DNA of 64,000 nt from Marsupella aquatica. Taxonomy: Eukaryota > Plantae > Marchantiophyta. The stretch lies in assembly GCA_973895155.1 (NCBI GenBank), contig OZ316894.1:9647440-9711439 (forward strand). Reading direction: 5' to 3'. How positions within the stretch are numbered: position 1 is the first letter of the stretch; every line of letters begins with the position of its first letter. Under the pieces are notes generated by a model, which saw nothing but the letters and a program-made list of their open reading frames with translations, was not told the origin of the DNA and did not search any database. A program made the translations under genes and the position numbers. This document shows, piece after piece, positions 50,801 to 63,910 of the stretch.

Positions 50801-53468
50801 TTATACAACAAACATTCCTGGAATCTTCTAGTTCAGTATACAAGGTACCACTAGCCGCATTAGAAAAAAAAAAACCTTAAAAAATAGGCTTGCAATTAGA
50901 ACAGGGCTTCATGGTACCTGGCTTAATTAGATCACGGCTTCATGGTACCAGGCTTAATTAGGACGGTCTAGGGGGATGTTTAATTAAGGGCTAACGGTAG
51001 GACTGGGGGCAAGGGTTCCTGTTCAAACGAACGAGCCCCATAAAATGTTTTATTTCCCTGCAGGGGCCATCAAATCTTTTTCTCCCGCTTGACTCATCAG
51101 AGAGGAAACGAGACTCGGATAAAATATAAGCTACTACCGTACTATCCAGGATGGTATCGTAGTAGCATACGTTGGCTTATGTCAGTGTCTGATAAACCCG
51201 GTTGGCTACACGTTAGGGAGTAGGGACAACGCTTATCTCATGAGATACTTTTGGGTCAGGGGGGGCCAAGTTTGCGGACATTCTGGTGGACAGGTGTGTG
51301 GCGTACAGACTTTAAGCCCACAAAAGCTGGTGGTACAACAAGGTCCCTACACCTGAGCTTGTAGGCTCGTGGACAAAAAAACATTTCAACACACTTAAAT
51401 AGTTGGGCCAACAAATGTATGGCACTTGGCGATAGTTCGAGTACTCTAGTGCTAATTAGGTTTGCGCACAAATAATTGCAAAAAATAATTGGTATCCAGA
51501 GAAAAATGTGGGATTCCAAAAACAGGGGGCTGGACAAATATGGGGGCAATTGAAAATTTACCAATACTCTGTCTCATTTGGAGAAATCATGTGAATTATT
51601 TAGTGTTTCCCTTGAGATTGCACACCATGCAGAAATTAGTCAGCAACAAACATCCTCGCAAATAGTACCTTTGCTTGCCCATCTGTCACAGAAAAGAAAC
51701 TCTTGAATTGTGAGTTTCCACAGGGGATGTCATTAACAACTACAGTAGCTTTTTGTATACCTTAAGCCTGTTTACAAGTCATTGTGAGGCTTTATCTTGA
51801 GTTTTGAGGAGCTCTTATTGTCCATTATGCCCTTGTGAGGCCTTAATGCACTTCGAGGCCTACCAGATGTTTTATTTTTAGTAAATGTACATGAGAAGTT
51901 TTATCATGAGCCTGTGCATTCGTCTCCATAAAAGCACCTCCAATCACAAAGAGAAAAATCATGAAGTGCATTAAGAAACTTATAAAGGTACACCCAGTTC
52001 TGGAGGGCCTGTGGTCCTTGCTCCACAGGGTTGGGTTTCTCCCTTCCTTTTTGTTTTGCTCGTTTGCCTCTCGATAATGATAAAAGCTCTTCTTGTCATA
52101 TATTAATCTATCAGTGTGGTGAGTAGGTTTTCACGGTCAAGTGAGGGCCAAGACAATGCGGAACACATGGGATAGGAGACCTGAGGATGGGGCCCGCAAG
52201 ATAAAGGCTGTTAGGTGTTGTACTCAGGAGTCAGGTTCATGTAGGCCCTCACAGCCTCACATAGTACTAGCCTGATTACCCATTGGTAGATTGGTTGAAG
52301 TAACAGAGATGAGACAAAACCTTTCTAAAAAATTCCTTATTGTTTCCCGTTGTTTTGTCTTCGCTCTCATCCCTGTGTTTTCTATATGCTCCATGAGTCA
52401 GGGTGTAGAGACTTCACTCTACTGTAGAGAATAACCTTGAAAAGTAGGTTTCCATTATAATTTATTAATAAGACATATTTTTCTTTATGCAATCATTTTT
52501 TTACTGGAAACGAGTGAAAGAGTGAAAACAATTATTTGGGACCTGGAAATTATAAAGTAATACTAAGATGGACGGAGCCAGTGAACGATACAGCCCCCTT
52601 TTACACTTTCACTCCGGGACACTCATTCTCATTTCCAAAATGATTTCAACAGCAAAGTTTGACCTTAATATCTCACTTGCTATACTATAATGGAAATTGG
52701 CCCTTCTTGGGCCAGTTCAAAGCATCTTGGAAAGATCCTTCAAGCTAGTCTACTATCTATAGTTTCATGAATATTGAAAGAGATGTGAATTTAGAAGGAT
52801 TACTCCATCACTCAAAGTCTGCACTTTCATTTCCAAAAGGTTTTTAGCACCTAACTTCAACAGACAGTATCTCCCTCTATCTCCAGTGGGACTCGATTTT
52901 CTTTGTTCACTAGACAATCCTTGGAAAATTCTTTCCAATATGCTCAATATCTTCAAATTCAAATGAGAATTGAGAGACCTGCAAATTTTTTAAGATGGCT
53001 GTTATGTTTTCTTGAATTGTCACAATCCACTCATCCATAATATATGTATTGTATGAGCAGAAAATATTGCTTCAGCCCATGTGGATTGCAAATGATTATT
53101 CAAGCATTTGGCAAACCTGGAGGTCTATCTGAATTGCAAAAGTTTATTCAAACATTTTGGCAATGCAGGAGGTTCATCCTGGCTTCAATTTCAGAATGCA
53201 TAGGGAAAAACCTGGCTCTGAAATAGAAAATACTGAGGCCACCTCATTTAGAGCCAACTTGCATGTGGGCGGAACTTTATTTTCTGGATCTGACTTAAGG
53301 TAATATATTCTAACATTGAGGGAGAAATTTTTTGCCTAAATCTCTTCATCAAGCAGGCCTCCCTGCATATATACGGAGAACCAAGGGTTTTCTGGCCTTG
53401 AGCTCATGACCTGTGAAACCTCAAAAAGACAAAATGAGGTAGTGCCACTATAGCTAGGGCCAGCCCTT

Positions 53469-55039
53469 TTTTTAATTTTTAAATAACCATCAACTTTATA
53501 AAAAGAGTAACACCAGTGAGGGGACAGAACCGCCCACGCAACAGCCGAAACCAGCAAACCAGCCTGAGGGCACACACGGCTCACAAGGGAACCAAACCAA
53601 GACAACAACCAGCGACAACGAACCCCGACGCCTAGTGGACATTGGGAGTGAAATGCACCCAATTGCAATTGCTATCTGACTGCCTACCATTCAACTTACG
53701 ACCTTGCCAGTTGTTGAGAACCACATTCATGCCACACTGCTCGTGGTAATTGACCTGGTTCCTGTTCATCGGGCGTTCATGGGCTGCCTTCAGACCTGAG
53801 CAGACCTCGTCTCCTTAGTTTCCGTAATGCTAACCAGGATAATGCGCTCGAGGGCCGGGTATGAGCCGTACCCACGAAAATTACCCCTGATCCAGTCGTT
53901 CTCCTTCTCTGACCCGGGGAAATGTTCATTCATTGTCATTCTGTGTCATCGACCTAGGGACCTCCAGGTTGGCCCACGGCCTAAGGATGAGCTCGAGTTC
54001 ATCCACCGTCCTCTGAAGTTGTCTAGTTTTCCTCGCAGAATTGCTGGCACTCAGCATAGATTGGAGGTGTTCCTCGCAAGTTTTGAGGATCACCCAAGAG
54101 GGCAGCCTACCAAGGAAATGGGCGTAGATGTTTGCGTTGCGTTCGTTCCAAGTAGTGCTGCACAGTTCAGTAAGGAGAATTAAAGGCCCTGGATTCCGTT
54201 TTTGTTGTTTGATTGCCACCTTAATAGACTCAAAAAGATTGTCAGTGAGATGTGCCAGGCTGGGGGAGTTCCGAGTGAGCGTCAAAATTTCCCTCCACCT
54301 CGTTCGAACCTTGTCACAGGTATGAAATAGGTGCTCAGTGTTTTTGAATCCTTGGTTGCATCGTTCGCAGACTCCCCACCTGCTCGCTCTTCCGTTCATG
54401 AAAAAGCCATGTTGGATCATCCTCCAGATGAACAATCTGACTTTGGGGAAAGTCCAACCTCCCCACACTTTCCTCCAGAGACCTCTCCAATCCGTCCGTG
54501 AGATCCTCTGTGTCCACCTTCTGTCAAGTTTGGACGAATCAAAATCACTCAAAATCGTGGGAGTGGCCCAAACCTTGTTAGAGTGGTGCCAGCCCCGGTT
54601 GTTCTTGAGCCAATCCCACTTCCAACTAGAGCACTGATGCAACTCCATACTGCCTCTAATCCTGCTTCTTGAGATAGAATCGTGAAATCTGCTGAACTCA
54701 GCGACTCCAATTCGTCTAGTGCTCCAAATTCGGATATTAATTAGCTTCTTGGTGATCCATAGGTTGTTGTCGTCAGTTAGGTCCGTGATGGACTTGATTC
54801 TCCGGTTAGCAAGGTACCTCCGAAGCCTGACCTTTTGCTCCAAGGGGAAATCCGTGTCTCTGAGGTAAAGCAGAAGCGTTTGCTTGATGCTAAGATGCTC
54901 CGGGAGTTGGCACCCTTCAATGAATCTAAGTCTGTCCGCTTGCGCTTGCCAGCTGCGGATCAGAGCTCGGACAGTGGTCGACCCCTTGATAATAAGCTCA
55001 GGATCCAAGAGCATCGCTTCAGATCCCGTCCAGCCCGTC
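53469..55039 (-). mobile_element. 5'-truncated L1-clade LINE with the ORF2 C-terminus (zf-RVT), 3' UTR, A-rich tail and ~16-bp TSD
   Basis: ORF 55014-53926 with WRKVWGGWTFPKVRLFIWRM...CERC...EHLFHTC...WNERN; T-rich tail at 53467-53480; TSD GCTAGG(G/C)CCAGCCCTT at 53453-53468 and 55040-55055. Confidence 0.88.
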
Positions 55040-55449
55040 GCTAGGCCCAGCCCTTGAGTTCATGACATGCGAAACCTAAGAAAGACAAAATGAGGCGGGG
55101 CCGCTAAAGCTAGGCCAATGACACCTAGTTGCAGCAAATCAAGGAGAACTTGTCAGGACCTCAAAAGAAAGCCTCAAATGAAAGTGCTCTTATATGCAAT
55201 TTGTCTGTTGAGCCAACTCACATGTGCGAGTCCTAAGAAATGCGGCCCTTCAGCTGCATCTAAATTCTCTGCAAAAAGGAGATATCCAGTAATGACAAGC
55301 AACCAGGAGGCCGACGACATAAGTACAAGAAGGCAGAAAATACAAGGTCGCCATCTGCAAGGGCCCAAAAGTTTCCAGCCCTTGCCCTCAGGAGTCCATG
55401 AAATCTGGTCAGGCCTGGCATAAAAGGGGGATGTAGCAGAAAACTCTCC

Positions 55450-56130
55450 TTCACATATAGCATGCTCATCCTGGAACATGCTTTACTTTTTGTCTTGTAG
55501 TGATATTAAGTGGACAAAATTAGAGAGTAAGACTAGAACACATATTAAATGTAAATGAAATCAAATAATATAAATAAAGTACATGCAATAAAAGCACATA
55601 GTGACCAATGAAAAGTAAAATTTTATTACACAAAGTTGCGAGGAGTTGTACACAATGAAATCAAATAATATAAATAAAGTACATGCAATAAAAGCACATA
55701 GTGATCAATGGAAAGTACAATTTTATTACACAAAGATCCTACGAGTTGTGCACTTATTTCAGTGTGTCTTATTAATGACTCTTATTCAATAAAAACCATA
55801 AACTTAAGAAATAAAGTCACAAGGGGAGCTTAAGACAGGATGTGCTGACATTTTTTAGAATCATTCTTCTCACTCATAAGTATACTTAAAAGCGGTACAA
55901 AATGAAGCCCTTAGTTTCTCTCTAGGACTTAACAAATTATACAAATTAAGGGGGCTGCCAAAATAAATTCAAAACACTATAGAATACCAAAAATTTAAAG
56001 GGGTCCAAAAATGAATTAAAAGTCTATGTGATACAAAGGATGCCCCTTGTTAAGGTACATTCAAATAAAAATTCATGATACACAAATATGAATAAGACAA
56101 AACATGAGAGTTGGATTCACCATATAGCAG
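55450..56130. repeat. Copy 1 of a diverged ~700-bp local duplication; copy 2 is at 59150-59901
   Basis: Shared colinear anchors ATATAGCA..TCATCCTGGAACATG..TTTTTGTCTTGTAGTGATAT, GGGTCCAAAA, TTGTTAAGG.ACATT and AGACAAAA.ATGA.AGTTGGATTCACCAT.TAGCAG. Confidence 0.85.
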
Positions 56131-57404
56131 CTTAGGGCCACATAACTGAAGTTTAGGGCCAAATTTTTTGACAACCCTTCAGATGCGAGTTGGCTGGTGG
56201 CCTTGTCATGGACCTACCGTAAGAAAGAGCCCTTACATGCACGATGCCACTAGTTTTGGTGTGATAAACGAGGCCTTGTGATGGACCTAGTGTAGGGTTT
56301 CCCCCTACTCGGGCTACTGTCTTTGCACGGAGACTGGACGGAAAGTGGTGACAAAATGAGGTCATGAATTCCAGTTTTCCGCCCCTGTGTCAATTCCCTT
56401 GCCTTCGCCAAGATAATCCGCCAAAAACGCCAAACCTTCTTTCCAAAACTAAAAAGAATCCGCCAAAAATAGACACAGTGCTGGCGAAACACTGGCGCTA
56501 GTTGGCGATTGGCAATGGTCCAGCCGCCGGTCCCTATATCCCGTTGGCTTTACAGTCCTATATTCAGCACATTGGAAACACGTGTCATTGATCGACGTCA
56601 GCATCCTGGATGAATCGCTTTTCGGCTTTTCAGGCAACGGCTGGGATGTACTACTAAATCCGGGCCCGATGTAAGCACCGTAGATCCTTCATCCATACGT
56701 GGGCCCCACGCGTAGAATCTCTTTGTACTTCCAAGGACGCACCCACACACGACACGCAGTCGGCAGTCCGGCAGGGAGGTCCGGAGGTGTGTTGGTCAGG
56801 CAAGTCATCACGTTTCCTTCCGTGGTTTACAGTACAGAAGGGACATCACTCAGAAAATAATTAATTATTAAATATTTCACTTCGTGGGACACAATCAATT
56901 TTAGATAAACAAAGTTTTACCCAAACAGATGGACGACTGATAACCTGTTATTGCAGCCAGAAATGGAAGTTACTGCATGAAGGAGGTTTAATTGTTACTT
57001 ATTTTAAAAAACTTGTTTCTAAATTAGTCAAAATTAAAAAAAAAAACCCAAATGAATTTAATTATTAAAATTTCCCCCTTTTTGCATGTGGGTTGGCTTA
57101 GCCAAATCAGAGTTACCCAAGATGATTGATACATAATTGGACACATGGAAGCTTATAATCTGTCCCAGGTAATTTATCTCCTCCGACCACAAAAGTGAGA
57201 GAAATGAGGGGGTGATGGTCCACACCCTCATTTGGGTGGTCGGATGGGGGAACCTGGTCAGGGCAAAGACATGGTTGGAGGGGAATTTCACGCTCACACG
57301 TCTTCCATTGAAGGTAGTCTTGGTTGGCCAGTCACACAAGTTTAAGGTTATCTTGGTGACCTGTGTGACTGGCTAACCACTGCATTACTTGGGAGCAGTG
57401 GTTA

Positions 57405-57600
57405 TTGTAGTGGCAAAGTCGCCAAATTAAACCTCATTGCTACTTTTGGTGAAATTTTGCCAGGCACTTTGGTTTCCATTAGCCAGTTTCCTACCAAGCA
57501 AAGACCCCATTTGTAGTGGCAAAGGCATCAAATTAAACCTCTCGTTGCCACTTCTGGTGAAATTTTGCTAGGCACTTTGGTTTCGATTAACCAGTTTCCC
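57405..57600. repeat. ~105-bp tandem duplication
   Basis: TTGTAGTGGCAAAG...CAAATTAAACCTC...TGGTGAAATTTTGC.AGGCACTTTGGTTTC.ATTA.CCAGTTTCC occurs twice. Confidence 0.85.
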
Positions 57601-58849
57601 CTAAACAATCTGACATATTACTGAAATGTTGCGAGATCTAATGATCAGAAATGAATCTAAGAAAATTAGATGAGGAACACCCTTAGCATCTTCTCTTTCA
57701 CACGAGGTCAAATTGGCCACCCTGACCAAAAAGGAAAAACCTTGGAAATTACCCTGCTTGGGAGCATCTTGTCTAGAGATTGTCTCTAACGTACGAAAAA
57801 GAGCTTTCTGTACTCCCTTTAAATAATGAGAGAAAACAAACAAAACCACTATATTGCTGTATACACTCTTTGTCGTCTGTTTTTTTAATAGTAAGACTTC
57901 TTTCCTTTCCTTCTTTCTTGGGGTTGGGACAATGGTGGATGGATAGATTCAGTTGACAAACCCACCCGATTTTCTCAATTTCTGCCACCCTGAAGATCTG
58001 AAATCCTGGGGGGATTTGTTGATCTCATCACACTATTCTGGGGTACCAACTTTCCTGTTCACTAAACTAGTCAAACTACAGTAGTAGTTTAGTGAAGTAG
58101 TACTTTGAGTACTTCATTAAATTCATTTCAATTCAATTCAATTCAATTCACATTTACCCTTCCAAGATTTTTCAGGCACAAGAGCACCCATGTCATCCTG
58201 GCTCACAACAAACATGACTAGTCTTTTTGAATGCGGTTGGAATAAAAATAACTACCACATTCGTGTTTGCAGCAACTTCTTCATAAAAAATTGGGATGCC
58301 ATGCGTAAAAGAAAATGTGACAAAACGTAACATTCAAAGCAAGACATGAATTCAAGGTAAACCCCTCCCTATGACCGTTGATTCAGCCTTTGTATTTATT
58401 GAAAATATAAAACAAGTACAAGAATAATAATAAGATAAGAAAATGAGAAAAAAAGACAATCCTATGTTTGACACTCAAAACGGTTACCAAACCTGAAAAC
58501 CAAAGGCAACTGCACAATTGATGACTTGAGTTAGGTACGCATTACTTGATTTCAATGAAGTAGTCTGTCAATACCCACAATGCTTGCCACCCTCTCACCA
58601 ACTTCGCTTGCAGAAGACCCATTCAGCAACAGAGGAAGCAGAGAAAGCAATACAACGCTACACGTCAACTAAGACATCCATCCACATTGAAGATGAGATC
58701 AATTTATCTCTGTGACTCTAGGATTGTTTTGTGGAGAAGTGGAGGAGGAAGCAAAGAAAGCAATACAGTGTTGCACGTCAACTGATTTCAAGGAAGAATG
58801 TTGGCATCCATCCTCACTCAAGGTGAAATCTAGCTGGGCAATGGAACTA

Positions 58850-59190
58850 ACGGAGATGAAGATCATGGTGATCAAAACAATGCTAGGTCAGCCAACGTGC
58901 AACACCTTGTCCAAAAGCTTGTATGTCCCTACTACATTGCCAGTTTCTAATCCACACCCACTGTTAGATTTCCTGGAACAATTTCAAAGCTTCTCTGTCA
59001 TCCCCTGTTTTGCTGAGGGCATCAATAAGCATGTTGTAAGTGGCGACATCTGGAGTGCCTACTCTCCACTTCAATTCACCAAAGAGCCAAAATGCGTCCT
59101 CCAATCTGCATGCATTTACCAGGCAGTCAATGAGAATCTGTAATTCATGGATATAGCACATTCATCCTGGAACATGTCTTCTTTTTTTGT
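58850..59190 (-). pseudogene. Pentatricopeptide repeat (P-class PPR) gene remnant
   Basis: ILIDCLVNACRLEDAFWLFGELKWRVGTPDVATYNMLIDALSKTGDDREALKLFQEI* gives two PPR motifs; further decayed GN..TYKLLDKV..G*P fragment. Confidence 0.8.
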
Positions 59191-59901
59191 CTTGTAGTGA
59201 TATATAATTCACCTAATTTGATGTATGCTAAAAGAAGAGAGTAGATGTAAAGTACATGCCAAGAAAATAGTATATGTTAATTAAGAGTGAGTGAGATAAA
59301 ACACAAAACCATAAATAGGCATGCAAAGAAAAACACATAATGACCAGGAAAGTAATGAGGTACTCTTGAGCACATAAGGTAGGGGTCCAGGTAACTGCAC
59401 ATCAAAATATGACATATTTAGTGTACCACATCCCACCATACCATGATAAATCACATTATGTTTTTTAAATCAATAAGTGAACACTGTATGTTACCACATT
59501 TTTATGTGTGTGATTACCGGCAGGGCATAAGGTACAGATTTCACTTGCTTCTAGGTACTAATGACAATCAACTCAATTAAAACCATACATTTTGTAAAGG
59601 AAACCATTAGGGAACTTAGTACACCACATGCGCACATTGTTCAAATAATTTCTTTCACTCTCATGAGAAAAGATAGAATTCACTAAGAGGGATTGAATAG
59701 GAAAAATCAATCATTTATGAGGGGAGCCAAACTAAATTCAAAATAGTTACCCTAACTTGACTAAAATTAGAAGGGGTCCAAAAGATAATTCAAAATCTAA
59801 TTAATACAAATGATTCATCTTGTTAAGGCACATTAAAATCTAAATACTCGACCCAAAATCTGCATCAGACAAAATATGAAAGTTGGATTCACCATGTAGC
59901 A
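59150..59901. repeat. Copy 2 of the local duplication (see 55450-56130)
   Basis: Same anchor sequences in the same order. Confidence 0.85.
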
Positions 59902-60199
59902 GTGTCAAAAATTTCACCTCGTCCCAGAGATACCACTCTTTGAAACTTCAGATCAATTATTTTGAAGTAGAGGCGATGCCTCACACCCCCAAAACCAGCT
60001 AGCGATCCAGGAAAATTAATGACAGGAGTACATTTTGCAGAATGGTAAGGCTTAATCAAGAGTTGGAAATGTTTCATCGTATTTGCTGTTTGTGCATGTG
60101 GACTTTCCTGTCTGCCAATTCTTTCTACTGCACATGTGCGCTTGGTGAAATTAAGGACTTGGTTGGAAAAGAGTATCAGATACATGTGTGAGAGTCCCT

Positions 60200-60650
60200 T
60201 GAACAGGCCAATCTTTGAAATCTTTAGGGGTTTATGTAAACAGCTACAATTGCCTTAACTGCCTGGGTGTGCTATTTGGCGGAGAAAATTCAAAACACTA
60301 CATTGGAGACTATTTGGTTAGCGACTCACTTTGACTATGGCTGGATAGGATTTGATTTTGGAGAAATATGGCAAGCACTCAGATCACTGGCCTAACTGTC
60401 TCTAATTTCTCTAGACTGATCCATCAACATTGATTTCCAAAGACCCAAGACAGCCGATCATCTCAAATTGTTTGCTCCAGAAAACCAATTTCAGGTCATG
60501 AGAAACACATTCCTTGAATGCATTGATTATTTCACTAACTCCTACAAAATTGATTACCTCAAACACCCAATTATGCAAAGACGAGACTGGTCAACGTGTG
60601 AGCTGATATGTAATTGGTCTGGGGACAAGCTCATAGGTTGTCTAATCTAG
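60200..60650 (+). pseudogene. Possible highly decayed Ty3/gypsy pol fragments
   Basis: CLGVLFGGENSKHY (RNase H-like) and FLECIDYFTN (integrase IDYFTK-like) in the expected order. Confidence 0.3.
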
Positions 60651-61464
60651 CCCTCTCTGACTTACAACTGGGGGGAATGAGGGGAAACAAAACATAAAAG
60701 TTTTTGCTCATACACAATAGTAGACACCTGCGTAAACTTGGGAGAGTGTCAAGGGTTTGACGAGTTAGATCAAAATTATGAGCCTTTATGTGTCCACAGA
60801 CCAATAACGAGTTATCTTGGGCTAGCACACTCAAAATAAGGGAATCCATACACGAAATGGGGGCAAGGTAATATTTGAAGTACTTTTGGCGGCAGGCTAG
60901 TAATTTAGACCACTTGGGAAGATAAGATGGCTTAAAACTGGCACCAATTTCTGTTTCTTGCAGAGATGTCTCAAGAATGCAAAATTGCACAGGACTTGGC
61001 TTTTGAGAGCGCACCATGGTTGCTGAATTGTTGATGGATGGGGAGGAGTTGCTCAGGAAAACACTTTATCACTGCCAACTTTGCTTATGAACTTTTGGAG
61101 CCAATGATGGAAGGACAACATATTTGCAAGAATGGGGTTCAATCCATATCCCATTATTATGCAATCACACGCACTTCACATATTCTTTAAGAGCATTGAA
61201 GAAGAGGAGGTTCAGGGTCAATTAGATTCCATTCAAATGCTTGTGCTCGTTCGCTAGTATTTGCCTGAAAGATATCTTAATTAGTACTAGGCTATAAGTA
61301 TAAGTATTCATCCATGCATAATTATAAGTGTATGAATCCCCCTTTGACCTGACAGGCAACTTGACGCCTTGCCCAACACATAAAATCGTCAAATGACAGC
61401 CCCAAAACAGCCCATTTGACGCATATTCCGAGCTATTCCCCAACCATTTCCGAACTTTCCCAAG

Positions 61465-61690
61465 CTCCATCCCGACCCGGTCCCGGGCTCCCCCGGTCTA
61501 GCAAGCCGGTCCCCAAGTTCAGGGTCGAGGCCGGGTCCGGGTCCGGGTCGGGGCTGGCCGGGTCAGTGGGGGTACCGGGCGAGGTCAGGACTGGGCCGGG
61601 TCAAAAATGGTGGGGGACCGGACAAGGTCGGGTCGGAGACCAGGCGACCGGGTGTCCGGATGACGGGATGACGGGGTCGATACCCCCAAT
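61465..61690. mobile_element. GC-rich CCGGGT(C)-repeat block, probably the terminus of a DNA transposon or MITE
   Basis: Many CCGGGTC/GACCCGG motifs in both orientations ending in GGTCGATACCCC; no partner TIR found. Confidence 0.45.
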
Positions 61691-62112
61691 ATGCCAATCA
61701 TGGCCAAAGCAGGGTACAAATGTCTTTGAGTTAATGCTACTGTGGAAGATCTTGACCTCACAGAAATTTGCGTCAAAAGTGAACAAACCACCATGTGATT
61801 CAGTGAAGCTCAAGTTTGAATCTCAACTTGCCATGATAATGACTTCACCTACAGTAGGCACCAACTTTCCATCATTCAAGCATTTCAACGCACATCACAG
61901 TCCAAGCTATGAGGGGGTTTTAATTTAGGGACTTGAGAGCCCAAAAGCAAACGGAAAGAATGGGTTCCCCACTTTTCTCTCCCACTTTTCTCTTCTTTTT
62001 CAGTGTCCTTGAAGAATATGCGTCTTTTAGATAAACTGTATGAGATTGCAAAATAATGGCGCATTGGATTGGATTCCATTATTGCAAATCGCTGCTCTTC
62101 AATCATTGGCTC

Positions 62113-62416
62113 TAAAAGCTCAATTGCTTATTTCAGGCAAAGTCGAGAGTGTAATAAAGTGTTTTCCTGAACAATTTCTCGCCATCCATCTAAGCTCAAT
62201 TGCTTATTTCAGGCAAAGTCGACAGTGTAATATAGTGTTTTCCTGAACAATTTCTCGCCATCCATCTAAGCTCAATTGCTTATTTCAGGCAAAGTCGAGA
62301 GTAATAAAGTGTTTTCCTGAACAATTTCTCGCCATCCATCTAAGCTCAATTGCTTATTTCAGGCAAAGTCGAGAGTAATAAAGAGTTTCCGGAACAATTT
62401 CTTGTCATCCATCTAC
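62113..62416. repeat. ~76-bp minisatellite, 4 nearly identical copies
   Basis: AAGCTCAATTGCTTATTTCAGGCAAAGTCGA.AGT(GT)AATA.AG.GTTT.CC.GAACAATTTCT.G.CATCCATCT at ~62116, 62192, 62268 and 62342. Confidence 0.95.
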
Positions 62417-63404
62417 AACTCATCAAATATGGCACGCTCTCAGAATGCCAAGTCCTGTGCAATTGTTCATTATCTAGACCCCTGTACCAGACACAGACAT
62501 CGCTGCAACCTTTACTAACCAGAGAATCGTCTGATGAGATCAGCAAAGTCCTCCCAGGCTTTGCAGTTCTTCAGGGTGGCAGAAATTGAGAGAAGTCTGG
62601 AAGGTTGACTGTCAACTCCGTCTATCCATCTACCATTGTCCCAACCCCAAGAAAGAAGGGAAAATAAAGGTCTTATTAGAAAGTAGATGATGACAAGTTT
62701 GTACTCCTGTGAAGTAGTTTGGGTGGTTGCTTGTTTGCTCTTACATAACAACAAGAAGAATAATTTTTTTAACTAAATTGAGTCCAGGCTTTGGAAAACT
62801 AGGGAAAGCAAGATTAGTTAGGCATGTGCAGAAGTCTCCTCATGCAGAAATAAAGAGGGCCTTGGGAAGCCCTCCTTTGGGCCCCGGTATGTGCAGAAGT
62901 CTTCTCACTGATTGATACTGTGAAAAAGAGGTTTTACTTGTGGACCCCTTAAGCAGAGCTCGATTCATTCAGAACCAGATAGTATATGATAGAATTCCAA
63001 TATATTAAGCCCGGCCATCTTTCGTTGCTGTCTCATTACTACAACACAAAAGCGATCCACCCTTTATCAATAGATTTAGAAAAGAACAATACGAGTGATC
63101 TGCTACCACCCGTTTTCGTATCACAACCTCATAACGGAGCACCTTGACCTACCTTTTGGGAAAGTGGCACAGGGCAGACTCACTGTCATCGTCAAATCCA
63201 GATGAAAGTCCGTTCACACTATGGTCTTTCCAAACTCGACCCAACAACTCGGTTCGACTCATCGGATCAACTCACAAGATCAAATACATGGAAAGGAAAC
63301 CTAGAGAGGACTCAATTAGCCGATACTTACTCTCAAAACCGTGCTCATATTAAAAAGAAATGCATTAAACACCAACGAAGATGACTCATCATGCTGCAAG
63401 CAAG

Positions 63405-63622
63405 AAGGAATTCTTGGAGTCCGCCTAAATTGCATGTGAAACCGATGCATCCATAAAAGCTTACTCAGTTTTTTCTGTTCTACATGATTGTGTCTTCGAC
63501 CAATTGCTCAGTGTCTCAAATCCCAGAACATGCTTTGCAAGAATCTTAAGGCCCACCCTTTACAGTTCTGCATCCTTTAAATACGCAACTTCAAGCTTGC
63601 AAGCTTAGTCAGCTCAACTTCA
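63405..63622 (-). pseudogene. Decayed tandem copy of the 3'-5' exonuclease C-terminal exon
   Basis: EVELTKL...LKDAEL*RVGLKILAKHVLGFE--TLSNWS...MDASVSHAI with a stop, a deletion and frameshifts. Confidence 0.8.
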
Positions 63623-63910
63623 GCACCGCAACTTGGTCCACCGAGACTCTTGCAGTTTGCTAAAAATCGCATGTGAAACCCATGCATCTATACAAGCATA
63701 CTTGATTTGGTCTGCGTCGAGAATCGAAGTCGCCCAATTGCTCAATGTAATAGCTTTACTCTTGTTCATCTGAAATCCCAAGACACGCTGTGCAAGAATC
63801 TTTAGACCCGCCTTCTTTAGCTCTGCATTCTTCAAGCGAGCCACTGCGAGAGAAGTCAGCTCTACTTCACCAGCACAAACGAGTCCGAAATCGCGAAGCA
63901 GTTTTTGTAC
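63620..63910 (-). pseudogene. WRN-exonuclease-like 3'-5' exonuclease (DNA_pol_A_exo1), C-terminal part; probably damaged
   Basis: VQKLLRDFGL...ELTSLA...AGLKILAQRVLG...ITLSNWA..LDADQIKYACIDAWVS (ExoIII YxxxD); an in-frame TGA lies just upstream of VQK with no adjacent AG acceptor. Confidence 0.75.

Noticed and set aside
61416-61928. 170-aa Gly/Pro-rich ORF
   Set aside because: It arises from CCGGGT repeats and has a non-ATG start
62113-62416. 76-bp periodic array as a CRISPR-like locus
   Set aside because: The whole unit is repeated, with no unique spacers
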